The notes beneath the pieces are model-generated. The model saw only the letters and a list, made by a program, of their open reading frames with translations. It did not search any database and was not told the DNA's origin. Below, piece by piece: positions 10,146 to 21,753 of a DNA stretch of 64,000 bases; the stretch's first letter is position 1; each line of letters starts with the position of its first letter. Source of the DNA: Thalia democratica (Eukaryota); NCBI GenBank assembly GCA_965202585.1, contig OZ241826.1, positions 88,908,001 through 88,972,000 of the forward strand, read 5' to 3'. The translations under genes were made by a program, and so were the position numbers.

Positions 10146-12797
10146 TTATCTATAAAAAGGCAGTATTGTTTTATTTATGTTTATACTTGCTTGTAATAAA
10201 TTAACCCATTTACTCTCTAAATAATCTAAGTTCGTATGGTTGCTTGTTGAGTCTGTAAAAGTGATTGAATATGCTTCTTCAAAGGTTTTGTTCGATGTTG
10301 GATGCTTGTTGGCGTAGTGAAGTTTGAGTGCAGCTCGATCATTTGTCTCGCTGGTGGTCATGTTCTTCCAGTTATGTCTGTGAGAGCACCATCGTTGGGA
10401 AAAAGACGTAATTGTCTGTCCCACATAGTGCTCACCACAGATATTGCACTTTGCCGCATAAATCCCAAAATTTTTGCAATTCAATTTCTTTTTTAATTCA
10501 ATTGTTTTACCACTTTTTGATTTTATTAAGTTAGTTTTTTTTACCATTCCGCCTACTCCCCCTCGGTTGCACAATAAACATTTTCCACAAGGGTGAGATC
10601 CACCAATTGCTACACTATTTTCATGGGCTTGGATCTTATAGTTTGTTAATAGTGCCGCAATTGTTTGTGGACGTTTATATGCCACTAAAACATTCGGGTT
10701 TAGTTCTCTTTCTTTCTTAGTGAGTTTTAATAGTTTTGGAAAGTTTGTCGTCCAAACACTTATATTATCGTTAATTTCTCTTGCCTTCTTCATTGGAGGT
10801 CCAAACCGATCTTTCCATTCTACTGTGATATTAATCATATCCTCAACTAAAGCCTTACAGAAGCAAGATTTTAAACATTTATCTTTTAAAGACTTTATTG
10901 CTTCTAAGTAATCATTGTCACGTTCGCACAATCTTCTTAGTCTTATTGACTCTCCGAATACGATTGATTTGTAAATGGAGCGTGGATGGTGTGATTTTCC
11001 ATTTACAAATACACGATTTTTTGCTGTTGGTTTTATGTAGTTTTTTACATAAAACCCGTTTATTTCTGTCTTGTCAATGACGTGGTTAACATCCAAAAAC
11101 TCAAGTTCGTCACCATCATTTTTTGTAGATATTTGTCTGAAAACTAGCTTAAGATTGTGTTCTTCAAACGCACATTTCAATTGTCTTTTAACATTATCTG
11201 TAACATCTAATGTCTCAGACAAAAAGACAATATCATCAATGTAGCGTTTGAAGAGTTTTGTAGTTTTAATTGTAGTTGCAATAGGCATTATAACGTGGTG
11301 CAGTGCAATATTTGCAATTGACACTGAGTTGTTGTCACCAGTTATAATTCCTTTGGATTGTTTGTAGAAGGAATTGCCGTTTTTTACTACAATATTTTCA
11401 AGACAGAAAATTGTGAGGTCGATCAGGATTTTTCTGATTTCTTTGGTGTAATTTGTGCATTTTTGGAGAGCATTTGAAATACTTGCTTTAATTAGTTCTC
11501 GACACAAGTTAGGGTACAAACCTTGAACGTCTGCAGCTACTATATAAAGAGTTTCATCTTTATTTTTTTTGTTGCTTAAATTATTTTTCCAGTTAGCTAA
11601 TTCTTCTAAATAAGTTTTACTATCCTTGCAATATTCATTAACATTATATTGACAAAAATTTTTTGAAATCGGTTTAAAAATTAATTCTAAAAATGTGGTT
11701 ACTTTTGTAGTGGTTATTTTACCTGCAGACTGTACTAGGCGTACGGGTATGTCAAGAACTCTTGTTTTGCTTATTTTAGAACTTTCAAGTTTGTGAGTTT
11801 TAAATAATGGGTAGGCGTAGGCTGGGTCATTACATTGAAAATTTTTTGCTAGTGTACCTTTGATTTTTGTGTAGATTCCGTTCTTAAATGTTACTCCGAC
11901 TGTGTGTTTTAGGATAGTTTCATCTATGCAATTGAGTTTGTGTAAATTAATCATAAAATCTTTAACTTTATTACGTATATTTTCGAAATGTTTTTCAATG
12001 TTATTTGAGTTTAATGTGTCGATATTTTCAAACGTTTTAAGTTCGCGATTCATTATAAGTTTGTAATCATCATGGTTTAAAACAATTAACTTTCCGTCTT
12101 TGTCTGATTTACATATCACTATTTCTTTATTTTTAACTTTTGTATTTAAATCATATAAAGCAGTTCTAAGTTTTGGATTCAAATTATTTCTTTTGAAATA
12201 TTGTTTGTTTACTTGTTCTTCTAAATTTATTAGTTTACTTTTAGCCATATTACAATAAGTTTTAATTTTTTCGTCAAGTTGTACATTCAAAGGTCGATTG
12301 TACTTTTGTATTTTTAATTTAGTTGGTAAATTAATTTGCTGTTTTAAGGTTGTTTCGTTATCATTATTGTTGAAGACATTTTGCCACTCAACCGTTCTAA
12401 TATGTTTCATAAGTCTTAACCATTCATTATCTTTCAGATTGTTATTCCACTTAGGGGTAGGTACAAAATTTAAACCATGTGATAGTAAAACTTTATGATC
12501 ATTGTTTAAAACAATGTTGGATTTGTTAACAACTGTTGAGTTTGCTTGTTCTAAAATACATTTATCTAAAGTTAATTTCTTCATTCTTTTACGGTATTTG
12601 TATCTTGCATAACTTTTTTTGTTTTTAGCTTTTTGTTTAGTTTTTCTATTGAGATTAATGATTTGACTTTTTTGTTTGTTAAATAAAAAATTAAATTTTT
12701 GAATATAGTGTTTCTTATGTTTGTTTTGTAAATGTGCATAACCTAGTTTACCTGCTGTATCTTCTGGTAGTTTATTTTTTTTGTTGCATGAATGTGT
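10146..12797 (-). mobile_element. Penelope-like retroelement ORF (RT + C-terminal GIY-YIG endonuclease), Neptune-like linker; uninterrupted
   Basis: 812 aa from the first Met (12584); the frame stays open 71 more codons to 12797. RT motifs PLFKTHK, PVRLVQS, AADVQGLYPN, QSKGIITGDNNS, RYIDD and LEFLDV; Cys linker HPCGKCLLC; endonuclease GIYAAKCNICGEHYVGQT..RWCSH..HYANKH..LESKW..IN. Confidence 0.95.
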
Positions 12798-12818
12798 TTA
12801 GTTCTACTAGTTTTAAAG

Positions 12819-12858
12819 TTTCACTGATGAAGGACGGTTGTCCGAAATTAATTTGAAA
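12819..12858 (+). ncRNA. Minimal type I hammerhead ribozyme motif (PLE-type)
   Basis: TTTCA-CTGATGA-A-GGAC-ggtt-GTCC-GAAA-TTAA-T-T-TGAAA. Stem I is TTTCA/TGAAA, core CUGAUGA and GAAA are intact, stem II is GGAC/GTCC, helix III region is the palindrome AATTAATT. It sits directly 5' of the PLE reading frame. Confidence 0.8.
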
Positions 12859-15800
12859 AAAACGTGCAATAAACTGGTAGATTTTTAAACCATCGTTAAT
12901 TTATTTTGTATTTACTGATGCAGGGAAAAAAAATCACCAGTAAAAACAATTGACTTGTGTCCTGGACCGATTTGCGAATTATTTATAAATCTAATAAATA
13001 TCGTAAGGTTTAAGATTTTATAATAGTCTCAAAAAAGATGAAGTACATATAAAATTAATGTTATGCCTTGGAATTTTTTTTAAATATGTTTAGTTTGTTT
13101 TAAACACCTTCAAAGATTGTGCTTTTTTTAAGTTATAGTATCAAACATTTCAGCTAACGAATCAAATAATTTACTTAATAGATTTCTCGAACAGAATGAT
13201 TATTCACTTGAAAGTTTAATTTTTAAGCTTTTAATGTTATAGTTGCAAGAATATTTACCTCTAATTGACGATATAAATATAAAATGAAATTAAGATATTT
13301 TTTATAGTGACATATTGTTATTTTTGTATTTTTAACTAGTAGATTTTCGAAATAATAAGAACTGAAAATATCTAAAAATAGTTTCGTTTGAATGATAAAT
13401 TTTGACTGTTAACATTTAACAACTTAAGCACAGAAACTTAAAAAAACTTTTTTTTTAAATACTAAAAAATTCCAATTAGTTTTGTAAATCTAAAAGATAT
13501 CACTAAAATAAAATAAAATACTAAAAAAAAATTATTTCATTAATTTTAAGTAATTCTTCAGTGTGTTAAAATAGAAAAAAATAAACGAATTATCATTAAA
13601 AGAAAAGCAAACAAAATTATCATCAAGTTTTAAGCTAACTTTATTTTCTATAATAAAACTGTTTTTGTTGTGTAATATAGCTAATGTGTTCGAAAGTTCT
13701 ACTGCAATAATAGAAAGCTAACTAGTTAATTCAGAATACAAGAGTACTTAGAAAATTTTTAGTTTCATATTATGAGACCAAAAATTTAATTTATTAAGAA
13801 AAGTGCCTTTGTATTATATTAAAACAATTTAGTCATGAAGTTTGCGTTAAACTAGAGTTAACAGCTCGTTTTCTTATTAATACAGCAAATAAATTTTTTA
13901 TTTAAACAATTTTTTTATTGAAAATAACAATCTTTTATAAAAAAAGCCTCGTTTCAGTTCAATTCCTACCCGCAATATTTCATCTTGCATATTTTTTATA
14001 TATGACAAATTTTATTAAACTGAAAACGAGTAAATCAGAGATCGTGTATATGATTCTAGTTAATTTTTAGACTATACAAAACCTTTAGTTAGGTTTAGCA
14101 CGCGGGTCAATCCCGACGTGCTTAGCAGAATTCTCTTGCAAGTGCTCGATTTTTTTATTTTAAGTAAAACTAGTTTGTGAAAAACAAATGAAACCGAGTT
14201 ATTCGTATCAAATATTTTCAAATGTGCTAATACTTCTTTACTAAAAAAATATTGTAATACAATTTTTTACTAAATAAACTTTAAAGAACCTATAGTTCTA
14301 GCCCCTAGGCAAAACGGTAAAATGTATCCATGGCGTACGACTTGATAACCGAAAGGTTTTTGGACCAGGACCAGGTCCTTGTATTTTGAGCTTTTTGTTG
14401 TTGATTAATAAGCGAATTAACAAGTATACAAAAATAAACTTGGCATAATAAAATTTATTTTTTATCTTCAAAAAACTTTTTTTTTTATAATCGAGTTCGT
14501 CGACTTTTAAAGTTAAATCTTTGTAATTTAGCTTATTTTAAGGTTTATTTCGCATTAATATTAAAAAAAATTAAATATTTCGGATGTGAGGCTGTTTCAT
14601 TACTTTTAATTTAATTATTTTAAATTTAATAAGTTGATACAGTTTAATTTTAATTTAAATAACTAAATATAAAATATAAAAATTAGAGCAACTAAAATAT
14701 TTATTTATTAACTAACAATTATTTTTATTAAATCAGAAAAAGTTGATAAGGTCAGTTGAAATATAGAATATATTATTGTGTTTATTGTTTAATTTATAGT
14801 AGTGTAGGATTCGTTTTAGGGAATGTTAAACATTTTTAAAATATGCTACAACTATGTCAACTAATGCTCTAAAATTAACTGAGATTTTGAAAGAAAAAAA
14901 AATTGGGTCACAACTGTGGTCAATGGATTGGTGTGGAGAAAGACTTTTTGGTCATAGAGCCTCACGCCATATATTTTGAAAATAACTTTAATAAGTTTTA
15001 ATAAGAACTTAAATAAAATTTAACTTTAAGATTAATATAAATAAATTTTGTTTTTTTACTAAAATTAATTAAAAAAATAATTCTAAAAAAATGTCATACT
15101 CTTTTTTTAAACCCATTACTACCAATATTAACTATGAAAACCATATTCTTCCATTGGCACCACACCATTTCCTTCCAAAGATTTCAATTTTTATGATTAT
15201 TTACGTTTACATTTTTCTTTTTGCCCTCTCTACAACAGCAACCATGAAAAATGCAATAAAAAGGTCAATAGTAAAACAAAAAATGAGAAGTGGTAAAAAT
15301 CCTATAACTAACATATTTTTCGTTTCTATATGTAAAAAGAAACTTGAGTATAAGCATTAACTGTAGAGTATAACCTATTATAATAAAAGCTACAGATCTA
15401 TGTGCTTATAAGTAAAAAAAAGCAAACATATTCAGTATTATCTTATACTTTTTTTATATGTAAATTACTCATTTACAATAACTAGTTCTCACACTAATAA
15501 ATAAATACCAGAAACATGTAAGAAAATAGAAATAAGTAGATCACACTTATTAATGTCCAATAAATGTTTTTAAATAAAAATAAAAAAGAAAAAAACTTAA
15601 CCACTACTTAAGTAAATAATAAAATAATTAGTTAGTAAATCTCACTTAAATGAAAACACAAACAAAATGAATTTCAAGTACAAACATGTTCAAAAATTTT
15701 TGTTACTTATAAAAACAATTATTTATAAATAAACAAAGCTAAATAAGAATTATAATCAAACTTAATTACAAAACTTACATGAAAATAAATAATTTAAATG

Positions 15801-18800
15801 AAAACTGCATTTTCAAAAACCATAACTAAGACCTAACAAACTCTAATCACACCCAGCCAACACAACTGCCATTGATTAGTCTTAACAAGAAAAATAGCAT
15901 TAAGCAAGAAATCATTTATGTGGTATGATATAAAACAGAAGATTAAATTTGACTTTTGTCTGATTTATTTTTGAGTAATACATTTTTTACTCCAGATTGA
16001 AATGCTATAAGATATTTTTATTCTTTTTAGCCTTTTGGAATTTCCTCCTATACTTTACATCCAAGATAGGATAAATATTTAGTACCATAGAGACTATTTA
16101 CTCTAGGAAAATATTAATTTGTCACTGAAAATCTTGTTGAATGATTGTGAATTTTGTTTATACTTGTAAAGTAAGGCTTGAAAATTAACTGGCAATATAC
16201 CTTTTTTAAATTTCTACATAAAGACTCCTAACTCATACTTAAACATGTTTTCAATACCTTTCTTTTGATAATTTTGTACTGCTAAAACGGTTAAACTGAT
16301 GGATTTAGTTGTTATGCTTTTTTCAAAAGTCGATTTTTGTTTTTATTTTAGCTGGAACTGTCAAATTAGAGCAGTCAAACACCTTCACTAGATCTGTCAG
16401 TTGTTTTATTGTACAATTTTAAAAAGTATTGTCATTTTGTTAAGTGTTGCTACTAAATGATACAGTGCAATGTTTGTTTTATTTTGCAATTTGTTCTTTG
16501 TTTCTTTTTTTTTGATTTTGTAGTCATTAACTTAATGTTTAAAGGCATAGGGGGATTTATTCTTGATTTTAAAAAGTTTATCTTATTTTGTAAAGTTAAG
16601 TCTGAGCTATCAAGCTGTCTAAGTATCAGACATTCTTATCTGAACAATGAAGTTTTCATTATTGTGGATATTTGAAATAAAAAACGGTTTAAAATTTATC
16701 ACATTTTTACCACTTAAGAAAATTAAAAGTTATTTTCAAGAAATAAGCAATCAAAATCAGTGACCTCAAAAGGTTTCTTATAGAAAGTGCAAAACAAAAA
16801 TGTAAAAAAAGACTGTTTCATCAAAATTGTTTTCTTTTTTTTAGAACCTATCTTCTCCTTGTTTTCAAAATAAGCTCATAATTAATATTTAAATAGACTT
16901 AAAGTAGGATTTTTAAATTTTGAAACATTAAAATTTTGTAAAGTAAAAACCATTATTCTTTTTATCTAAAATTTTTATATTCAAAATGTCTTTAAAAACT
17001 CATCAGTTAAAGTTTTTTTAAACTGTAAAAGGAATATTTTTTTGAAAATTTGAGGTCTCTAGCTCAAAAAATGAAGAAGAAAGTAGATTTTTAGTTAAAT
17101 TTTAATTTTCATCAAAAATTGAACCTGAAAAATTTGCAGTCCATTTGTTTGTATTAAAATCTTTTTATAAAAGTGTTTATATCACAAAAAATGATTAATG
17201 TTTTTATGTTCTATTAAAACAGACTTGTAGTTTATACTTTAAGCTTTCATAAAAGAGCCAATATTTATTTTGTGTTAAAAGAAATGTTTGACCACCTGTG
17301 CCCTTAATTCATTGCAGTACTATCTTTCCCAGGAAAAAAAATATATAATGTTTCAACATTTTTTTATATTTTTAATGCAAACTGAATATTTTGTGCAATT
17401 TTGATGTCATGTTACATCAAAAGCACTTAAAACAGTTTTCATTAAATGCCTTAAATATAAGCTTTTGTTTAACATTTAAGTTTTTAAGTTCAAGACATGT
17501 ATAAACAACTTTATTACTATATAAATTAAAAAAAAATTGTGATGTTGTGTGTCAAATCAGTATCTTGGGCAGCAGTTTTTTTTTCAAAAGATTGTTAATG
17601 CTTTTTTAGAATGTACTGCTTACCCCTACAACTACTTAATTGTGTTTTAAATGTTTTCATTTGTTGAAACTATTAATATTATGTTATTCAATGTTGCCAC
17701 ACATTTAGACTACTCAGGCTTACTTGGGCTAGTTAACAATTTTATAAAGACTTAAGATGATTTAGGCTTATTAATTTTTAATATTTAAGGATAGTATATT
17801 TAATTTTCAAAACAGTTTATTATTTTAACTTTTATTTTTTTTCTAGGTTTTAAATAATTTTGTTTTAATTTTTATAAAGAATTAAAGATATGCAAACTTT
17901 TATAACTATTGTTTGATGTAAATTCTTTTAGTTATCAACCTACACATTATTATCTTGGTTCTTTTGACTTTTTTATCCCTTAGTTTTTTTTTTTAATACA
18001 AATGTAATTTTTTAAACAAATTAAAAATTAGTCTTATTAATAAATTTTTATTTTAAACCTACTACTAAACTGCCAATATTGAAGAAATCATACTTTACAC
18101 ATAGTCTCCTGTCTTTATATTTAATTTATTTATTTTTTTTTCATACAAGATTTTTCGGATTTGAATGTTTCTTGTTGCCATTAATAAAAAAGCAACTACA
18201 AAATTTGCAGCAAATAAAATAACTCAATACTAAACAAAAAGGAGAATTGGTATTCCACTTTAAACAAGATGCATGATGACAAAAAACTGTATATACACAT
18301 GTGTTGTTTAATGCAGCCTATAAATCATAATTATGGTTACTTGACAATTTAAATTCCAACAATTTAAACTCTTAAAAAATATTAAAAGATCATGACTTGA
18401 AAAATAATATATATATTTTAAAATGAAAAATAAACACCTAGGTGTTATTGGTATCTACAAACCATTTCATCATTAATACATAATTTCAAATATTTTTAAA
18501 GTTTTAAAAAATTTCTTAATATAGCTATGTTTTAAAACTTATTTTAGCCATATGTCAAAATGCATTAAGAATTTCGCAAAATAGAAAAAATGGCCAGTTG
18601 TTTTAGATGTTTATTAAACCTACATATGTTGTTATTTTAAAATATACATTAGTTTTTGATTTGTGGCCTTTTTAAACATTTTATTAAGAACTTGTCAAAA
18701 TTTAAACTGTCCAAATTTGAATAGTCGTGCACCCCATTATTATTTGTGCTAATGATAAATTTCAAAATATAAATGATCTTGAATTTGCTGTGTTTTTTAT

Positions 18801-20844
18801 CTATGTCGAAATTATTTTGTAAAATAGTAAATAAAATTTCACAATAATATAATAAGTGTTAAAACAAATGAAAAATTAAGGTATCAGATTACAAATAAAT
18901 CTAAACATATAGTCAAGATATACTTATGGGAAAAAATTAATAAATAAAGCTCAATTAAATAGGAAAAAAGTTTACTCAATTTATTTAAAATTTAATGTAG
19001 GGTCCTTACTTTATTATCTTGCTGAATTTTTTTTTTCAAAAATCAACTTTATAGATTTTGATTGTAATTCTGAAAAAATATTCTTGAAAGTTTAGAGTAA
19101 ATTACTATTTTAATGAAGGAGGAGATAATTTTTCAGTGTATGATTCAAAGTTTCAAGAAAGGTGGCCATGAAAAATAGTTATTTCATAAAATTTTATCAA
19201 TTTTTTTCACTATATTGGTTATATCTCAGTTATTTTTTTTTTTCTATAAAACATATCTTGTAGATAGTATACACTGTAAGCTTTCAAATAATAGCCAATA
19301 TTAATTTTTTTAAAAAATAATGTTGAACTCTTCTATAGCCTTTATCACAACTACCTATTTAATTGATTACGGTTCTCAAATTTTAATTTTTAAGTAGAAT
19401 AACTTGAGTTTTTTGTGTGTTGTTAACTTTTTTTCATTAACCAAGCTTTAAATTACACAAATATTTAATTCTTAAAAGCTATCTCTGTACTTGAATATAG
19501 TTGTATATGTCAAAGTAACAAATGTTCCATACAGTTGATATTATGTTTTTATTACTGTAGTTTAAGTAATTAACTGATAATTTTCTCATTAAAGCTTAAA
19601 GTTTAGGAAATTAGAAGTTTTACCAATAAAAGCTACTAATGTACTTGAACATAATTATCTAAATAATATTTTCATTTATTGTTAATTACACTTTAAAAAC
19701 TGTTTTTATTTTATTATAATTACTCTTGTTGTATTTAAATGTTTACAGTTTCACTTAAAGTAAGTTTTTTATTTGAAATGTAAACGGCAGCTTTCTTGAA
19801 TATCAAGTTTAGTTTTATACTTTTGTAACTAGTGAAATAGTATTTTTCAGTTTAATAGTATTTTTCAAAAATCTTGAAGATTTTAGTCAAATAAAGCATA
19901 TTTAAAAGGCCAATAAGGTGTTTTAAAAAGGCTAATTTAAATTATAATATAAAATATTTTTTTTTGAGATTTAGTGTTTCAAAAGTTTTTGATTAAGTTC
20001 ATAAATTCTTTAATTTGTGTCCAAAAAACATTTAGACAATTGTTAGCTTATTGCTGATCTTCTTTAACAGGGAAAACTGGCACCCAGAGGCCAATTTTGG
20101 CCAGCAATTTTGTGTAATTTACAGCCTACAATGTACTTTTCAACTAAAATCGTACTTTAAGAAAGTATGGTAGCCGCTTAAAATAAAGAGTTTTTAATTT
20201 TTTTTCTTATATGTTTCTATTGCTTATTTCATCACTCTTGTAGATTAAATTACTCTTTTACAACAAATATTTTGTTTAAATATGACTGATGGAATAATTT
20301 TTTATAAAAATTTTGCCCAAAAGTAACTTTTTTTTCAATACATTTACTTAATTTTCTTTCAAAAAGCTGTCAACTCCTGATCTATAACCTTTTCCCAAAC
20401 CGTTTTAAAGTACTTCAGTATAAATATTACAATACTTAGTTACCTTAAATATTACTACTTTCTCTAAAAAATTAACAAGATTTTACCAAAACCAATTTCA
20501 GAAGAGAACTATTTATTTTTTATAGAAATTTCATCACTTTCTATGTCTTTTATTCTTCACAGTTGAGCTTTTAAATATTTTTTGATGGTTGAAAAACTTG
20601 AAGATGTATAGAAAAATGATGAAAAACATGATAGAAGTATAAAATAAACATATAATCTTATGAATTTACATGCAGCGCAAATTTCACCTGGATAAAGCTG
20701 AAATTACAAAATTAAGACAAAAATCTGAAATTTGTAACAATTTTAATATAAAGATAATAAAATTTCATTAAGTAAAAAAATACTATATATAGTTTAACTT
20801 TAGAAATAAATTTCAGAGTTTCATTTATTATAAAACACATCGAA

Positions 20845-21497
20845 TGCCAAAGGGGGGAACCAGCACTTTTTTTTACAAAAATTAACTTTGGCAATTATAT
20901 GAAAGCTTTAAGTACAAACTACAAGCCAGTTTTTATAGAAATTAAAAATATGATTCAACTTTTGAGGTAGTTAATTTTTTGTAAAAAGTTTCTGATACAA
21001 ACATATGGTCCCATTTTTATAGGTCGATGTTCTTGGAAATTTAAAAAATCTATCTCCTCCTTTATTTTTTAGGCAATCTTCTTCAAATTTTCATGAATTG
21101 TTTATTATATTAAAAGAAAAAAACGTTACTCAATAATTTTAATAGTTTAAAAAATAAAAATTTTATGTCAAAAAAAAAATCTTAATTTTTCAAAACAAAA
21201 TTTACTTAAAAATATTAATAGTCCAAATTAACAACTTTTTTATTATATAAAGATTAGACTGTGAAATTTTGAAGAAGATTGCTTGAAAAATGTAGGAGAC
21301 AGATATTAAATAAAATAGTCTTTTTTTGCTGTTTTAGTTTTCTCTTCTCGTAGGTAACGTAATATGCGGCCTGACTTTGACTGGTGATATCTCAAAAAAA
21401 AAGAAATGTTTTTCAAACGATAAAAAGCATCTTGAAGCTTAGAAAAAACTCTAAAGTAAGTTCAACTTGTAAAAAACATGGCAACCCCCCTATGGCC
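20845..21497. mobile_element. Kolobok-like MITE, copy 2 (internally palindromic)
   Basis: Right end CCCCCCTATGGCC|ttaa (21497); degenerate left end tgccaaagggggg..cactttttt. Internal inverted repeat tctatctcctcc..ggcaatcttcttcaaattttca / tgaaattttgaagaagattgcttg..ggagacagat. Confidence 0.6.
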
Positions 21498-21753
21498 TTA
21501 AAGTATCATTATATTTAGTAATTTTTCAAAAACTTTTTTACTTCAAGTATAATTTTTTACCTTAAGAGAGATAAGAATACTTAGAATAAAGAACTTGGAA
21601 AAAACACTTAAGTAAAATAACTTTTACCACTTAAAAATCTAGTAGCCACCTTGTTATAAAGAATTACTTGATACTTGGATTGAAAAGTTTTTATTATTAC
21701 TGGTTTATCAACGTCTTTTCAGCATAGTTAACACTTGTGGGTTTAGATAATAT

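Noticed and set aside
10302-12498. Short + strand ORFs inside the PLE
   Set aside because: Antisense shadows of the RT ORF with no independent coding signal.
15091-15360. 89-aa + strand ORF
   Set aside because: AT-rich low-complexity translation with no homology cue or partner exons.
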